This document shows, one piece after another, positions 30,757 through 39,657 of a DNA stretch of 39,657 nt. Position numbers and translations under genes: made by a program. The notes beneath the pieces are model-generated. The model was not told the origin of the DNA, made no database searches, and saw only the letters and a list, made by a program, of their open reading frames with translations. Source of the DNA: Gammaproteobacteria bacterium (GTDB lineage Bacteria > Pseudomonadota > Gammaproteobacteria > Steroidobacterales > Steroidobacteraceae); the NCBI GenBank assembly GCA_030038645.1, contig JASHSR010000110.1, forward strand, positions 1 to 39,657. Reading direction: 5' to 3'. Within the stretch, counting starts at the first letter, position 1, and every line of letters begins with the position of its first letter.

Positions 30757-31664
30757 TTCGCCACCGTGATGCCGTTCACCGGCGCGTTGCGATTGTTCTC
30801 CTCGCAGATGTACTCCTCGGGCCGCACGTCCGGCCGCCAGTGATAGATTCGCCGATAGCTGTAGGGATGCTCGAGCGTCACGGGATCCTCGACCGTCATG
30901 ACGAGCTCGAGCTCCGCGCCGCCGTCGATCTTGCGGTAGCGCTCGATGAGGTGCAGCTGCGTGGAGTGCGAGCTGCCCTCGTCGTCGATGAACGAGCGGT
31001 CGTCGATCGCGACCGTGTCCACGACGAGCGTATCCCCCTCCCAGTGCCCGACCGAGTCGCCGAGGAAGCTGATGCGCGGATGCTTGGGATGAGGCCGGTT
31101 CATCCAGATGCGGCGCACTTCGTGCGCCACCTCGTGCAGGAAGGTGATCCGTCCCGGCGTCTGGACGATCTCGATCGGATAGGGACTCTCCATCAGCCGC
31201 GGCATGCCGTGCGAGAGGCACTGAGTCTCGGTGTCGGCCTGGGGAATCCCGCGGTTCTTGGCGCGGATGCGCTGCTCGAGGATCTTCATGTACTGCGGTT
31301 TCAGGGGCGGCGGCACGCCGGGCGCGGGCCCGAGCAGGTACTCGTAGCCCTGCAGCCACCAGACCCCTTCGAGGTCGTGGGGGTCCGGGTTGGGTGGCGC
31401 GGAGCCCGGGGGGGCGGGGCCGGCGCCACGCAACGGGGGCGTGAGCGCCAAGGTGGGATCGCCGGTGTTGAACAGGGTCGTCGGACGGTAGGGGCGGAGC
31501 GCCGCATCGCGGGGTCCCGGCCTCTGCGGGGCGGCGCCGGAGTTGGTCTGGGACGCAGGCGCCTGCTGGGCGGCGGCGCCCGCGACTGCAGCGAGCATGC
31601 CGAGGGCGAGCGAGACGCCGAGGCCGACGCGCAGCAGGCCGTGCCTCGAGTTGCAACCGGACAT
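30753..31664 (-). CDS. Uncharacterised exported protein, two-Cys family (type A1)
   Basis: Signal peptide; DLEGVW, CLSHGMPR, HEVAH, GDSVGHWEGDTLV, EEYICEENNR; GGAGG RBS. Confidence 0.82.
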   Translation of the reverse strand: MSGCNSRHGLLRVGLGVSLALGMLAAVAGAAAQQAPASQTNSGAAPQRPGPRDAALRPYRPTTLFNTGDPTLALTPPLRGAGPAPPGSAPPNPDPHDLEGVWWLQGYEYLLGPAPGVPPPLKPQYMKILEQRIRAKNRGIPQADTETQCLSHGMPRLMESPYPIEIVQTPGRITFLHEVAHEVRRIWMNRPHPKHPRISFLGDSVGHWEGDTLVVDTVAIDDRSFIDDEGSSHSTQLHLIERYRKIDGGAELELVMTVEDPVTLEHPYSYRRIYHWRPDVRPEEYICEENNRNAPVNGITVAK

Positions 31665-31740
31665 TGGCCCCCTCCCCGAACGAGCGCCGCGACCGTCGCG
31701 CTTCCGGGTGTGATCCTACAGGGGGTTCGGCCCTCTGAGA

Positions 31741-34407
31741 ATGGCTTCCCTCGACCGCCTGTTGTACTCTCAAACGTGCCTTGACGGCGAGGAGAGAGAG
31801 CGTCCGGCCGCTTCGTGCGACCGCGCTCAGGGGGCCCGCTTGAGACCGTCTGAAGCCGCGTCACGCCCGCGGCTTCGAGGTGCGAAGTTGAGGTATTTGC
31901 AGGGAGAACGAGCGCGCGCTGCGGCGATCCTGATTGCCGGCGCCGCCGTTGCGGTCTTCGCTGGCGCCCTGGTTGCGCCATCCGAAGCCCATGCGGCGGG
32001 ACAGCATCTTACGGTTGCTGCGGAGCAGCATCTGCTCGACAAATACTGTCGCGTCTGTCACAACTTTGATGACTTCGCGGGCGGGATCGAGTTCGAGTCG
32101 TTCAATCCCGGCGACGCCTACGCGAAGCCCGAGCTGACGGAGCGAATGCTCGTCAAGCTGCGTGCCGGGATGATGCCGCCCGTCGGCAAGCCGCGGCCCG
32201 ATCCGGCGGTCGTCCAGGCCTTCGCGACGAATCTCGCGAACGAGATCGACAGCCACGAGAAGCCGAGCCTCGCGATGCCGCGGCTGCATCGCCTGAACCG
32301 CACCGAGTACCGCAACGCGGTGCGCGATCTGCTCGCGCTCGACGTGGATGTCTCGGCGGTGCTGCCGTCCGATGACTCGAGCCACGGCTTCGACAACCAG
32401 GCCGGCACCTTGACGCTCTCGCCCGTGCTGCTCGAAGCCTATCTCTCCGCGGCGGCGAAGATCAGCCGCACGGCCGTTGGGACGGCTACGTCGCCGACCG
32501 AGGCGACCTATGCCGTCGCTCCCGACCGCACGCAGAACTATCACGTCGAGGGTCTGCCCTTCGGCACCCGCGGCGGGCTCCTGATCCGCCACACCTTTCC
32601 CGCCGACGGCACGTACACGTTCAAGATCTACGCCGTGAATCTCGGGAACATGGGTAACTTCCGGCCGTTCGGCGACATCCGCGGCGAGCAGCTCCTCGTC
32701 TATCTCGACGACAAGCGCGTCGCCCAGGTGGACTGGGACAAGGCGCTCGGCGTCGCGCGCTCGTTCGATGCGCTGCCGAACGGCCAGCTGCGCACGATCG
32801 ATGTGACGCTGCCCGTCACGGCGGGGCCGCACCGCATCGGCGTCACGTTCCTCGCGACGAACTACGCGCCGGGGCTCGATCTCAATCACGCGTTCGATCG
32901 CAGCACGATCGAGACGGGCGGCATCCCGGGCTACACGTTCTATCCCCACATCGGCCGCGTGAGAATCGACGGGCCCGTCGACGGGTCGGTGGCGAAGGAC
33001 TCTCCGAGCCGCGAGCGGATCTTCGTGTGCTACCCGAGGCGCCAGAGCGACGAGCAAGCCTGCGCCCATGCGATCGCCGTGACGCTCGCGCGCCGCGCGT
33101 ACCGCGGCTACGACACGCCGCAGGACGTGGACACGCTCATGAAGTTCTACGCGCTCGGCCGTGAGGACGGCTCGTTCGACGCGGGCGTCGAAGCGCTCGT
33201 GGAGCGCGCGCTCGCCGACCCGAAGTTCATCTTCCGCGTGGAGGCGGCGCCGCACGGCCTCGTCGCCGGCGCGGCCTACCGGGTGAACGATCTCGACCTC
33301 GCCTCGAGACTCTCGTTCTTCCTCTGGAGCAGCATTCCGGACGACGAGCTGCTCGAGCATGCGCAGAGGGGAGACCTGCACCGCGACGGGGTGCTGCGCA
33401 GGCAGATCGAGCGCATGCTCGCCGATCCCCGCGCATCGGCCCTCACCACCAACTTCGCCGATCAGTGGCTCGGGCTGCGCGCGCTCGCCTCCTTCGATCC
33501 GGTCGTTGGCCTGTATCCGGACTTCGACGACAACCTGAGACAGGCGTTCAGGCAGGAAGTGGAGCTCTTCTTCACGAGCATCCTCACGGAGAATCGCAGC
33601 ATCCTCGACCTGCTCACCGCGAACTACACGTTCGTCAACGACCGTCTCGCGATGCTCTACGGCATCCCGGGCGTGAAGGGCAGCTACTTCCGCCGCGTCG
33701 TGCTCGACAGCTCGCAGAGCGCGCGCTGGGGACTGCTCGGCAAGGGCGGGATCCTCGCGATCACTTCGCATCCGGACCGGACCTCGCCCGTCGTCCGCGG
33801 CAATTGGGTTCTGAGGACGCTCCTCGGCTCGCCGGCGCCGGATCCGCCGGCGAACGTCCCGGCGCTGAAGCCCAAGCCGCGCGACGCCGCGGGCAACTCC
33901 CGGCCGCAGACGATGCGCGAGCTGATGGAGCAGCATCGGGCCAATCCGGCCTGCGCGAGCTGTCATCGGCTGATGGACCCGATCGGCTTCGCGCTCGAGC
34001 CCTTCGATGCGATCGGCCGCTGGCGCGCGACCGACGGCGGCAGCCCGATCGATACGCGCAGCCGCCTGTACGACGGCACCATGGTGGACGGGCCGGCCGG
34101 CGTGCGGGCGTTCGTGCTGCGCCACAAGCAGCGGTACCTTCTCAACGCCGTCGAGAACCTGATGACTTACGCGCTCGGACGAGCGGTCGCGTACAACGAC
34201 ATGCCGACCGTGCGCGGCATCCTGCGCGAGACGTCGGGCGACGGCTATCGGCTGCGAAGCCTCATCGAGGCGATCGCGATGAGCGATGTCTTCCGCATGA
34301 ACGTCGTGCCGGGGCGAGGTCCCGGGCAGGGGCTCGGCTCTGCGCAGAAAGTTGCATCCGCGACCGGCTCGGCCGCGCCGGGGGTCGGACTCGACCCGGG
34401 TCGCTGA
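31741..34407 (+). CDS. DUF1592/DUF1588/DUF1587/DUF1595/DUF1585 multidomain protein with two haem c motifs
   Basis: CRVCH and CASCH; RLNRTEYRN, GFDN, LASRLSFFLWSSIPD, TSPVVRG, YALGR; true start may be TTG at 31888. Confidence 0.88.
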   Translation: MASLDRLLYSQTCLDGEERERPAASCDRAQGARLRPSEAASRPRLRGAKLRYLQGERARAAAILIAGAAVAVFAGALVAPSEAHAAGQHLTVAAEQHLLDKYCRVCHNFDDFAGGIEFESFNPGDAYAKPELTERMLVKLRAGMMPPVGKPRPDPAVVQAFATNLANEIDSHEKPSLAMPRLHRLNRTEYRNAVRDLLALDVDVSAVLPSDDSSHGFDNQAGTLTLSPVLLEAYLSAAAKISRTAVGTATSPTEATYAVAPDRTQNYHVEGLPFGTRGGLLIRHTFPADGTYTFKIYAVNLGNMGNFRPFGDIRGEQLLVYLDDKRVAQVDWDKALGVARSFDALPNGQLRTIDVTLPVTAGPHRIGVTFLATNYAPGLDLNHAFDRSTIETGGIPGYTFYPHIGRVRIDGPVDGSVAKDSPSRERIFVCYPRRQSDEQACAHAIAVTLARRAYRGYDTPQDVDTLMKFYALGREDGSFDAGVEALVERALADPKFIFRVEAAPHGLVAGAAYRVNDLDLASRLSFFLWSSIPDDELLEHAQRGDLHRDGVLRRQIERMLADPRASALTTNFADQWLGLRALASFDPVVGLYPDFDDNLRQAFRQEVELFFTSILTENRSILDLLTANYTFVNDRLAMLYGIPGVKGSYFRRVVLDSSQSARWGLLGKGGILAITSHPDRTSPVVRGNWVLRTLLGSPAPDPPANVPALKPKPRDAAGNSRPQTMRELMEQHRANPACASCHRLMDPIGFALEPFDAIGRWRATDGGSPIDTRSRLYDGTMVDGPAGVRAFVLRHKQRYLLNAVENLMTYALGRAVAYNDMPTVRGILRETSGDGYRLRSLIEAIAMSDVFRMNVVPGRGPGQGLGSAQKVASATGSAAPGVGLDPGR

Positions 34408-34436
34408 GCGAGGGCGGTGCTCGAGAGGTACTGAAC

Positions 34437-35779
34437 ATGCCATTCATCACGAATCGCGCGCTTCCGCGCAGGACCTTCCTCCGGGGACTCGGCACGACGC
34501 TCGCGCTGCCGCTCCTCGAGTCGATGCTACCGGCGCGCGCGCGCGCGTCCGCCAAGTCGCTCCTGCCGACGCGCTTCGTCGGCGCATTCATCCCGCACGG
34601 GGCCGCGCCCGGCTACTGGGTGCCCAAGTCGACCGAGGCTGGATTCGCCTTCCCGTACATCTACGAGCCGCTGCAGCCCTTCCGCAAGCAGGTGGTCCTC
34701 ACCGCCGGCATGTGGTCGCAGTCGTCGGAGAATCCGCCCGGCGTCACCGGCGCCGATCACTTCGTCGCGGCCGCCTTCCTCACCGCCGTCAAGCCGAAGA
34801 AGACCGCGGGACCCGACATCCATGTCGGCACCTCGGTCGATCAGATGATCGCGAGCCACATCGGCCGGGACACGCTGCTGCCCTCCTTGCAGCTCGCGAC
34901 GGAGGATCCGGGCGCCAACTCGAGCAGCTGCGGGGAAGGCTACAGCTGCATCTACACCAACACGATCTCCTGGCAGACGCCGACGCGCCCGCTGCCGATG
35001 GAGATCAATCCGCAGACGGTGTTCGAGCGGATGTTCGGCGACGGCAGCTCCCCCGCGGTGCGGGCGGAGCGCCGCGCGCGCGAGGCGAGCATCCTCGACT
35101 CCGTGACCGGCAGCATCGGCGAGCTCATGCCGCAGGTGCCGCATACGGACCGCGTTCGCCTCGAGGAGTACCTCGACGACGTGCGGGAGATCGAGCGGCG
35201 CCTCGTGATCGCGCGGCGCGCCTCCACGGGCGTGCCGACGAACATCACGGTGCCCTACGGCGTGCCGGAATCCTTCCACGAGCACATCCAGATCCAGTTC
35301 GATCTGCTCGCGCTCGCGTTCCAGGCGGACATCACGCGGGTCGGCGCGGTGCTGTTCGCCCGCGACCTGACGAGCCGCGTGTATCCGAAGAGCGGCACGA
35401 CCATCAGCTTCCATCTCGGCTCGCATCATGGGGAGGACCCCGGCCAGATCGCGGTGTACGCGAAGCTCAACCGCTACCACGTGCAGATGTTCACGTACCT
35501 CGTTCAGAAGCTCGCCGCGATCAAGGAGGCGACGGCACGCTGCTCGACCGCTCGCTGCTGCTGTACGGCTCGAACATGGGCGACTCCAACCAGCACCTGC
35601 ACTACGACGTGCCGCACGTGCTGGTCGGCGGCGCATCGGGCCGGCTGAAGGGCGACCGTCTGCTCTCGTACGCGAGCCGCACGGTCCCCACGGGCAACCT
35701 GCTGCTCAGCATTCTCGACATGTTCGACATCCCCGCCGACCGCTTCGGCGACAGCACCGGCCGGCTGGTCGGCATTTGA
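34437..35779 (+). pseudogene. DUF1552 (HXXSHH) protein with a single frameshift near 35529
   Basis: Tat-like RRTFLRG, HLGSHH motif; frame changes between IKE and DGTLLDRSLLLYGSNMGD; could be a sequencing error. Confidence 0.8.
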
Positions 35780-35811
35780 ATGCAGTATTAGAAGCATTAG
35801 GGAGAGGTCTC

Positions 35812-36186
35812 ATGAGGTACCGGCTCGCCGTGAGCGTCGCGCTCCTCGGCTTCGCCTGGGTGGGCGCCGCCTCGGCGCATCACTCGTTCGCGACCTTCGA
35901 CCAGCACGTGACGAAGAGGCTGGTGGGCACGGTCAAGGATTTCCAGTGGACGAACCCCCACATCTGGGTGGACATCCTCGTGAAGTCCCCGCAGACCGGC
36001 AAGATGGAGGAATGGTCGATCGAGGGCGGGAGCCCCAACGGGCTCAGGCGCGCGGGCTGGAAGCGCACGTCCATCAAGCAGGGCGACACGATCGAGGTGG
36101 TCATCCATCCGCTGAAGAACGGCGCGAACGGCGGCAGCATGATGACGGCGACGGTCAACGGCCAGCCGATCGGCCGGCGGTTCTGA
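35812..36186 (+). CDS. DUF6152 family exported protein
   Basis: Signal peptide ending ASA then HHSF; GTVKDFQWTNPH; WSIE; GGGAGAGG RBS. Confidence 0.85.
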   Translation: MRYRLAVSVALLGFAWVGAASAHHSFATFDQHVTKRLVGTVKDFQWTNPHIWVDILVKSPQTGKMEEWSIEGGSPNGLRRAGWKRTSIKQGDTIEVVIHPLKNGANGGSMMTATVNGQPIGRRF

Positions 36187-36217
36187 GGCCGGCGCGGCGG
36201 CAGGCTCGCCGATGCCT

Positions 36218-36257
36218 CAGGCGCGACTCCCATGAGACAGGCGCGACTCCCGTGAAA
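36218..36257 (+). repeat. 20-bp tandem duplication spanning the ankyrin start
   Basis: CAGGCGCGACTCCCATGAGA followed by CAGGCGCGACTCCCGTGAAA. Confidence 0.85.
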
Positions 36258-37970
36258 CGGCTCCTCGCGACGTTGCTCACCGCGCTCGCATGGCTCTCGT
36301 GCAGCGGGCTCGCGCTCGCCGCGAGCGACTTGGCGGACGCCGTCATGCAGCAGGACTCGGCGCGCGTCGAGGCGCTGCTGAGAGCGCATGCCGAGGTGAA
36401 CGCGACGCAGCCGGACGGCAGCACGGCGCTGCACTGGGCGGCCTACCGGGGCGATGTGCGCACGGCGGCCCTGCTGCTCGCGGCCGGAGCCCACCCGAAC
36501 GTGAGGACCGATACCGGCATGACGCCGCTCCTGCTCGCCTGCCAGGCCGGCAACGCGCAGCTCGTGAAGCTCCTGCTCGATGCGGGAGCGGACGTGAGCG
36601 AGACGCTCACGCACGGCGAGACGCCTCTGATGATGGCCGCGCGGACGGGCAGCGTGCCCGTCATGCAGCTGCTGGTGGCGCACGGCGCGAAGGTGGATGC
36701 GCGCGAGCGCCTGCGCGGCACCACGGCGCTCATGTGGGCCGCGGCGAACAACAACACCGATGCCGTGCGCTTCCTCATCGCGAAGGGGGCGGACGTGAGC
36801 GCACGCTCGGCGAGCGCCGCGCCGGGCCGCAAGCCATACCTCGCGGAGACGGGCCGCTCCCGCATCTCGCAGTTCGCGTACGGGTACGGCCTCGCGGGCA
36901 TCATCGTCAAGCAGGCCTCGGCGCAGTCGCAGAAGCAGGTGCACGAGGAGATCGAGACGGCCCGCGCCGTGCTCGAGCGCTACCCGCTGCCGAAGCTGCC
37001 CCCCGAGAGCAAGAAGAGATGGGGCGGATTGACGCCGCTGATCTTCGCCGCGCGCCAGGGCGATCTCGCGACGGTGAAGGTGCTCCTCGCCGTCGGCGCG
37101 AACGTCAACGAGATGAGCGAGTTCGGCTGGACGCCGCTGCTCGTCGCCACGCAGAACCGCTACTACCAGCTCGGCGCGTATCTGCTGAAGCACGGCGCCA
37201 ATCCCAACCTCGCCAACGAGGGCGGCTGGAATCCGCTCTACATCGCGACGGACAACCGCAACATCGCGAACGGCGACTATCCAGTGCGCAAGCCGGACAT
37301 GGACCACCTCGACTTCATCAAGCTGCTGCTCGCCGCCGGGGCGAACCCCAACCTGCGGATGCGGTCGAGCCTCGACACGCGCACTGTCTTCACGAACCAG
37401 TGGCTACAGGAGGATGGCGCGACGCCCTTCCTGCGCGCCGCCCAGTCGGGCGACCTCGTGCTGATGAAGCTGCTGATGGCGCACGGGGCCGACTGGCGGA
37501 TTCCGACGTACATCAACGTGACGCCGCTCATGGTGGCGAGCGGCATCGGATGGGTCGAGGGCGTCACGTACGAGTGGTCGCCGAAGGAGACTTACGAGAC
37601 GGTGAAATTCCTGCTCGACCTCGGCGCGGACGTGAATGCGCAGGACCTCGTCGACCGGCGCACCGCGCTCATGGGCGCTGCGCACAAGGGAAGGAACGAC
37701 GTGGTCCAGCTGCTCGTGGACCGCGGCGCCGATCTCTCCCTCCACGACATCGGAAGCCGCGACACGGTTCACGCGCTCGCGGGCGTGAGCTGGCAGGCGA
37801 TCGATTACGCGGACGGCCTGGTGCGCGTCGGCGTGCAGTCCGCGATTCCGCACCCGCAGACGGCCGCGTTGATTCGCCGTCTCATGATCGAGCGCGGCCT
37901 GCCGGTGCCCCCGGCGGGGCGCACGCTCGCCTCCATCTGCATCACGGCGCTCTGCCGCGGCGCCGAGTGA
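36252..37970 (+). CDS. Exported ankyrin-repeat protein
   Basis: Signal peptide MKRLLATLLTALAW; many G.TPL/TAL..AA..G..L...GA..N repeats. Confidence 0.92.
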   Translation: MKRLLATLLTALAWLSCSGLALAASDLADAVMQQDSARVEALLRAHAEVNATQPDGSTALHWAAYRGDVRTAALLLAAGAHPNVRTDTGMTPLLLACQAGNAQLVKLLLDAGADVSETLTHGETPLMMAARTGSVPVMQLLVAHGAKVDARERLRGTTALMWAAANNNTDAVRFLIAKGADVSARSASAAPGRKPYLAETGRSRISQFAYGYGLAGIIVKQASAQSQKQVHEEIETARAVLERYPLPKLPPESKKRWGGLTPLIFAARQGDLATVKVLLAVGANVNEMSEFGWTPLLVATQNRYYQLGAYLLKHGANPNLANEGGWNPLYIATDNRNIANGDYPVRKPDMDHLDFIKLLLAAGANPNLRMRSSLDTRTVFTNQWLQEDGATPFLRAAQSGDLVLMKLLMAHGADWRIPTYINVTPLMVASGIGWVEGVTYEWSPKETYETVKFLLDLGADVNAQDLVDRRTALMGAAHKGRNDVVQLLVDRGADLSLHDIGSRDTVHALAGVSWQAIDYADGLVRVGVQSAIPHPQTAALIRRLMIERGLPVPPAGRTLASICITALCRGAE

Positions 37971-37997
37971 GGGAGCCGAAGCCGTTGCCGCCCGCGC

Positions 37998-38903
37998 TCA
38001 CATGCGGTGCGTGTCGGTGCAGACGTTCTCCTTGAGGCTCATGCCCGGCTGCCTCGCGAGCGTGAAGCGGGTCGTCCACGGACGGGTGTAGTAGTCCGGG
38101 TCGGTAATGGTGACCGAGCCCTCGATTCGGTTGCGTCCCGACAGCCTGTAGCGCTCCTGCACCTCGAGCTTCTCGCCGTGCGGCAGGCCGGAGTAGTCGA
38201 GCCAGGTCCTGTCGTTGAAGCCGATCGTCTCGATGATGAGCGTCCGCCCTTCGATGCGAGCGATCGACGAGCCGAGCCAGGTGGGATCCGGATCCTCGGG
38301 CAGTGTCTTGTCCCAGTAGATGATGCGGAACGTGTGGTTCACTTCGTGAACGAAGTCCACGCTGCGCGTCGTCTGCAGGATCAGGAAGGGGTACGGCGCA
38401 TAGAGCAGCCTCGGCACGCCGTGCATCAGGCAGGCGCTGATCGGATCGATCGTGCGGTCGCCGCCCTTCAACGCCGCCTGGCGCTTTGCGTATTCCGCCT
38501 TGCCCGCCGCGTTGAGCGGCGGCTCGCGTCCATCGGCCGTGAGCAGGTGAGTGATTCGCCGCGTCATCGCCCACTTGCCGGTGAAATTCGGCGTGCCGGG
38601 CGGCGGCTGCTCGAACAAGGGATCGGCCGGCGTGCCGGTCGCAGGGTCGGCGCTCGCGGAGTCGCCGCTCGTAGGGCCGGCGCTCCCAGCGTCGGCGCTC
38701 GCAGGGTCGCCGGCCGCGGAGACTTCGGCCGCGGCTGCGCCAGCTGCGGCGAAGGCGTGCGGCGCCGCGAGCATCAGCGCCGCCGCGGCGGCGATCGAGA
38801 GAGCAAGCGCCGCGACGAATCCTGCAGTCGGTGCCGGCGCGCGCCTCGCAGCCGGCGCGAGTCCCGCGAGGCGCCCCGCGCCCCCGTGCTGTCCCGCGCT
38901 CAC
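37998..38903 (-). CDS. Uncharacterised exported protein, two-Cys family (type B2)
   Basis: NFTGKW, CLMHGVPR, GSSIARIEGRTL, PHGE, TDPDYYTRPW, ENVC; GTGA overlap with upstream paralogue. Confidence 0.8.
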   Translation of the reverse strand: MSAGQHGGAGRLAGLAPAARRAPAPTAGFVAALALSIAAAAALMLAAPHAFAAAGAAAAEVSAAGDPASADAGSAGPTSGDSASADPATGTPADPLFEQPPPGTPNFTGKWAMTRRITHLLTADGREPPLNAAGKAEYAKRQAALKGGDRTIDPISACLMHGVPRLLYAPYPFLILQTTRSVDFVHEVNHTFRIIYWDKTLPEDPDPTWLGSSIARIEGRTLIIETIGFNDRTWLDYSGLPHGEKLEVQERYRLSGRNRIEGSVTITDPDYYTRPWTTRFTLARQPGMSLKENVCTDTHRM

Positions 38904-39657
38904 TTGGCCACCGTGATGCCGTTCACCGGCGCGTTGCGGTTGTTCTCCTCGCACGAGTACTCCTCGATGCGCACGTCACCGCGCCAGGGATACGTCCGCT
39001 CCGTCGTCCAGGGCCGCGTGTAGTGATCGGGGTCCTCGATGGTGATCAGATCGCGCAGCTCGGCGCCGCCGTACTGGTTGGTGAACCGGGTGAACCGCTC
39101 GGTGACTTTCAGCTTCAGGCCGTGCGAGAGCGACTCCTCGTCGATCTGCGTCCGATCATTGAAATGATCGGTGACGACGACGAGCGTGTTGCCCTCCCAG
39201 TGGCCGACGGAGTACCCCATGAAGGTCCGCGGCGTATCGGGGGGAGGGGGCTTGCCGTCCATGTGGATGAACCGCACGTTGTGCGCCACTTCGTGCAGGA
39301 TGGTGATCAACCCCGGGGTATAGACGAACTGGATGGGGTAGGGCGAGGCCATGATTCTCGGCACGCCGTGCGGGAAGCAGCGCGTCGGCGCATCGGCGAT
39401 CGGCCTGCCGAGGCTCTCCATGTAGAGGTGGTGCTTGCGGCTCGCCGCCTCGAGCGGTGTGAGCGGGAGGAGCTTCGCCGACTCGTCCGGGGACATCGGC
39501 CGAGGGGTGATCGGCCGGAAGGTCCGGTCATAGCCGCGGGTCCACCAGACGCCGGAGAAATCGCGCAGGTCCTTCGGCGCCGGGTTTTTGTTCCACTCCA
39601 CGGCCTGCTCGGCGGCTCGCTTCTCGCGCGCGGCGACCCGCTCGGACGCCGCGGCCT
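38900..39657 (-). CDS. Uncharacterised protein, two-Cys family (type A2), 5' end outside window
   Basis: Frame open to window edge; DFSGVW, CFPHGVPR, HEVAH, GYSVGHWEGNTLV, EEYSCEENNR. Confidence 0.82.
   Translation of the reverse strand, partial: AAASERVAAREKRAAEQAVEWNKNPAPKDLRDFSGVWWTRGYDRTFRPITPRPMSPDESAKLLPLTPLEAASRKHHLYMESLGRPIADAPTRCFPHGVPRIMASPYPIQFVYTPGLITILHEVAHNVRFIHMDGKPPPPDTPRTFMGYSVGHWEGNTLVVVTDHFNDRTQIDEESLSHGLKLKVTERFTRFTNQYGGAELRDLITIEDPDHYTRPWTTERTYPWRGDVRIEEYSCEENNRNAPVNGITVAK

Overview
GC-rich bacterial DNA, probably proteobacterial (inferred from gene content only). Bases 1-666 are the 3' end of a densely packed tRNA array that the ORF track misses. It holds a partial Lys(UUU), four Ser isoacceptors (GCU, UGA, CGA, GGA) that fold with a non-canonical 8-bp acceptor/4-bp T-stem, a compact Trp(CCA) with a tRNA-Pyl-like shape, and two atypical Gln tRNAs; all have encoded CCA. 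Bases 0.9-9.4 kb are small regulator/enzyme modules: VOC+AraC, BlaI+M56 with visible operators, AraC+methyltransferase, an orphan Rieske oxygenase and a MORN-repeat protein. Bases 9.5-20.9 kb are a MacAB-TolC-type efflux operon with a sigma-54 promoter and a divergent two-component system. A PQQ/haem c dehydrogenase, an S9 peptidase and a hybrid kinase follow. Bases 28.8-39.7 kb are an uncharacterised extracytoplasmic cluster: DUF1592 cytochrome c, DUF1552 (frameshifted), DUF6152 and ankyrin, flanked on both sides by paired paralogues of an unnamed two-cysteine family. All calls come from reading motifs and folding by hand; no searches were run.
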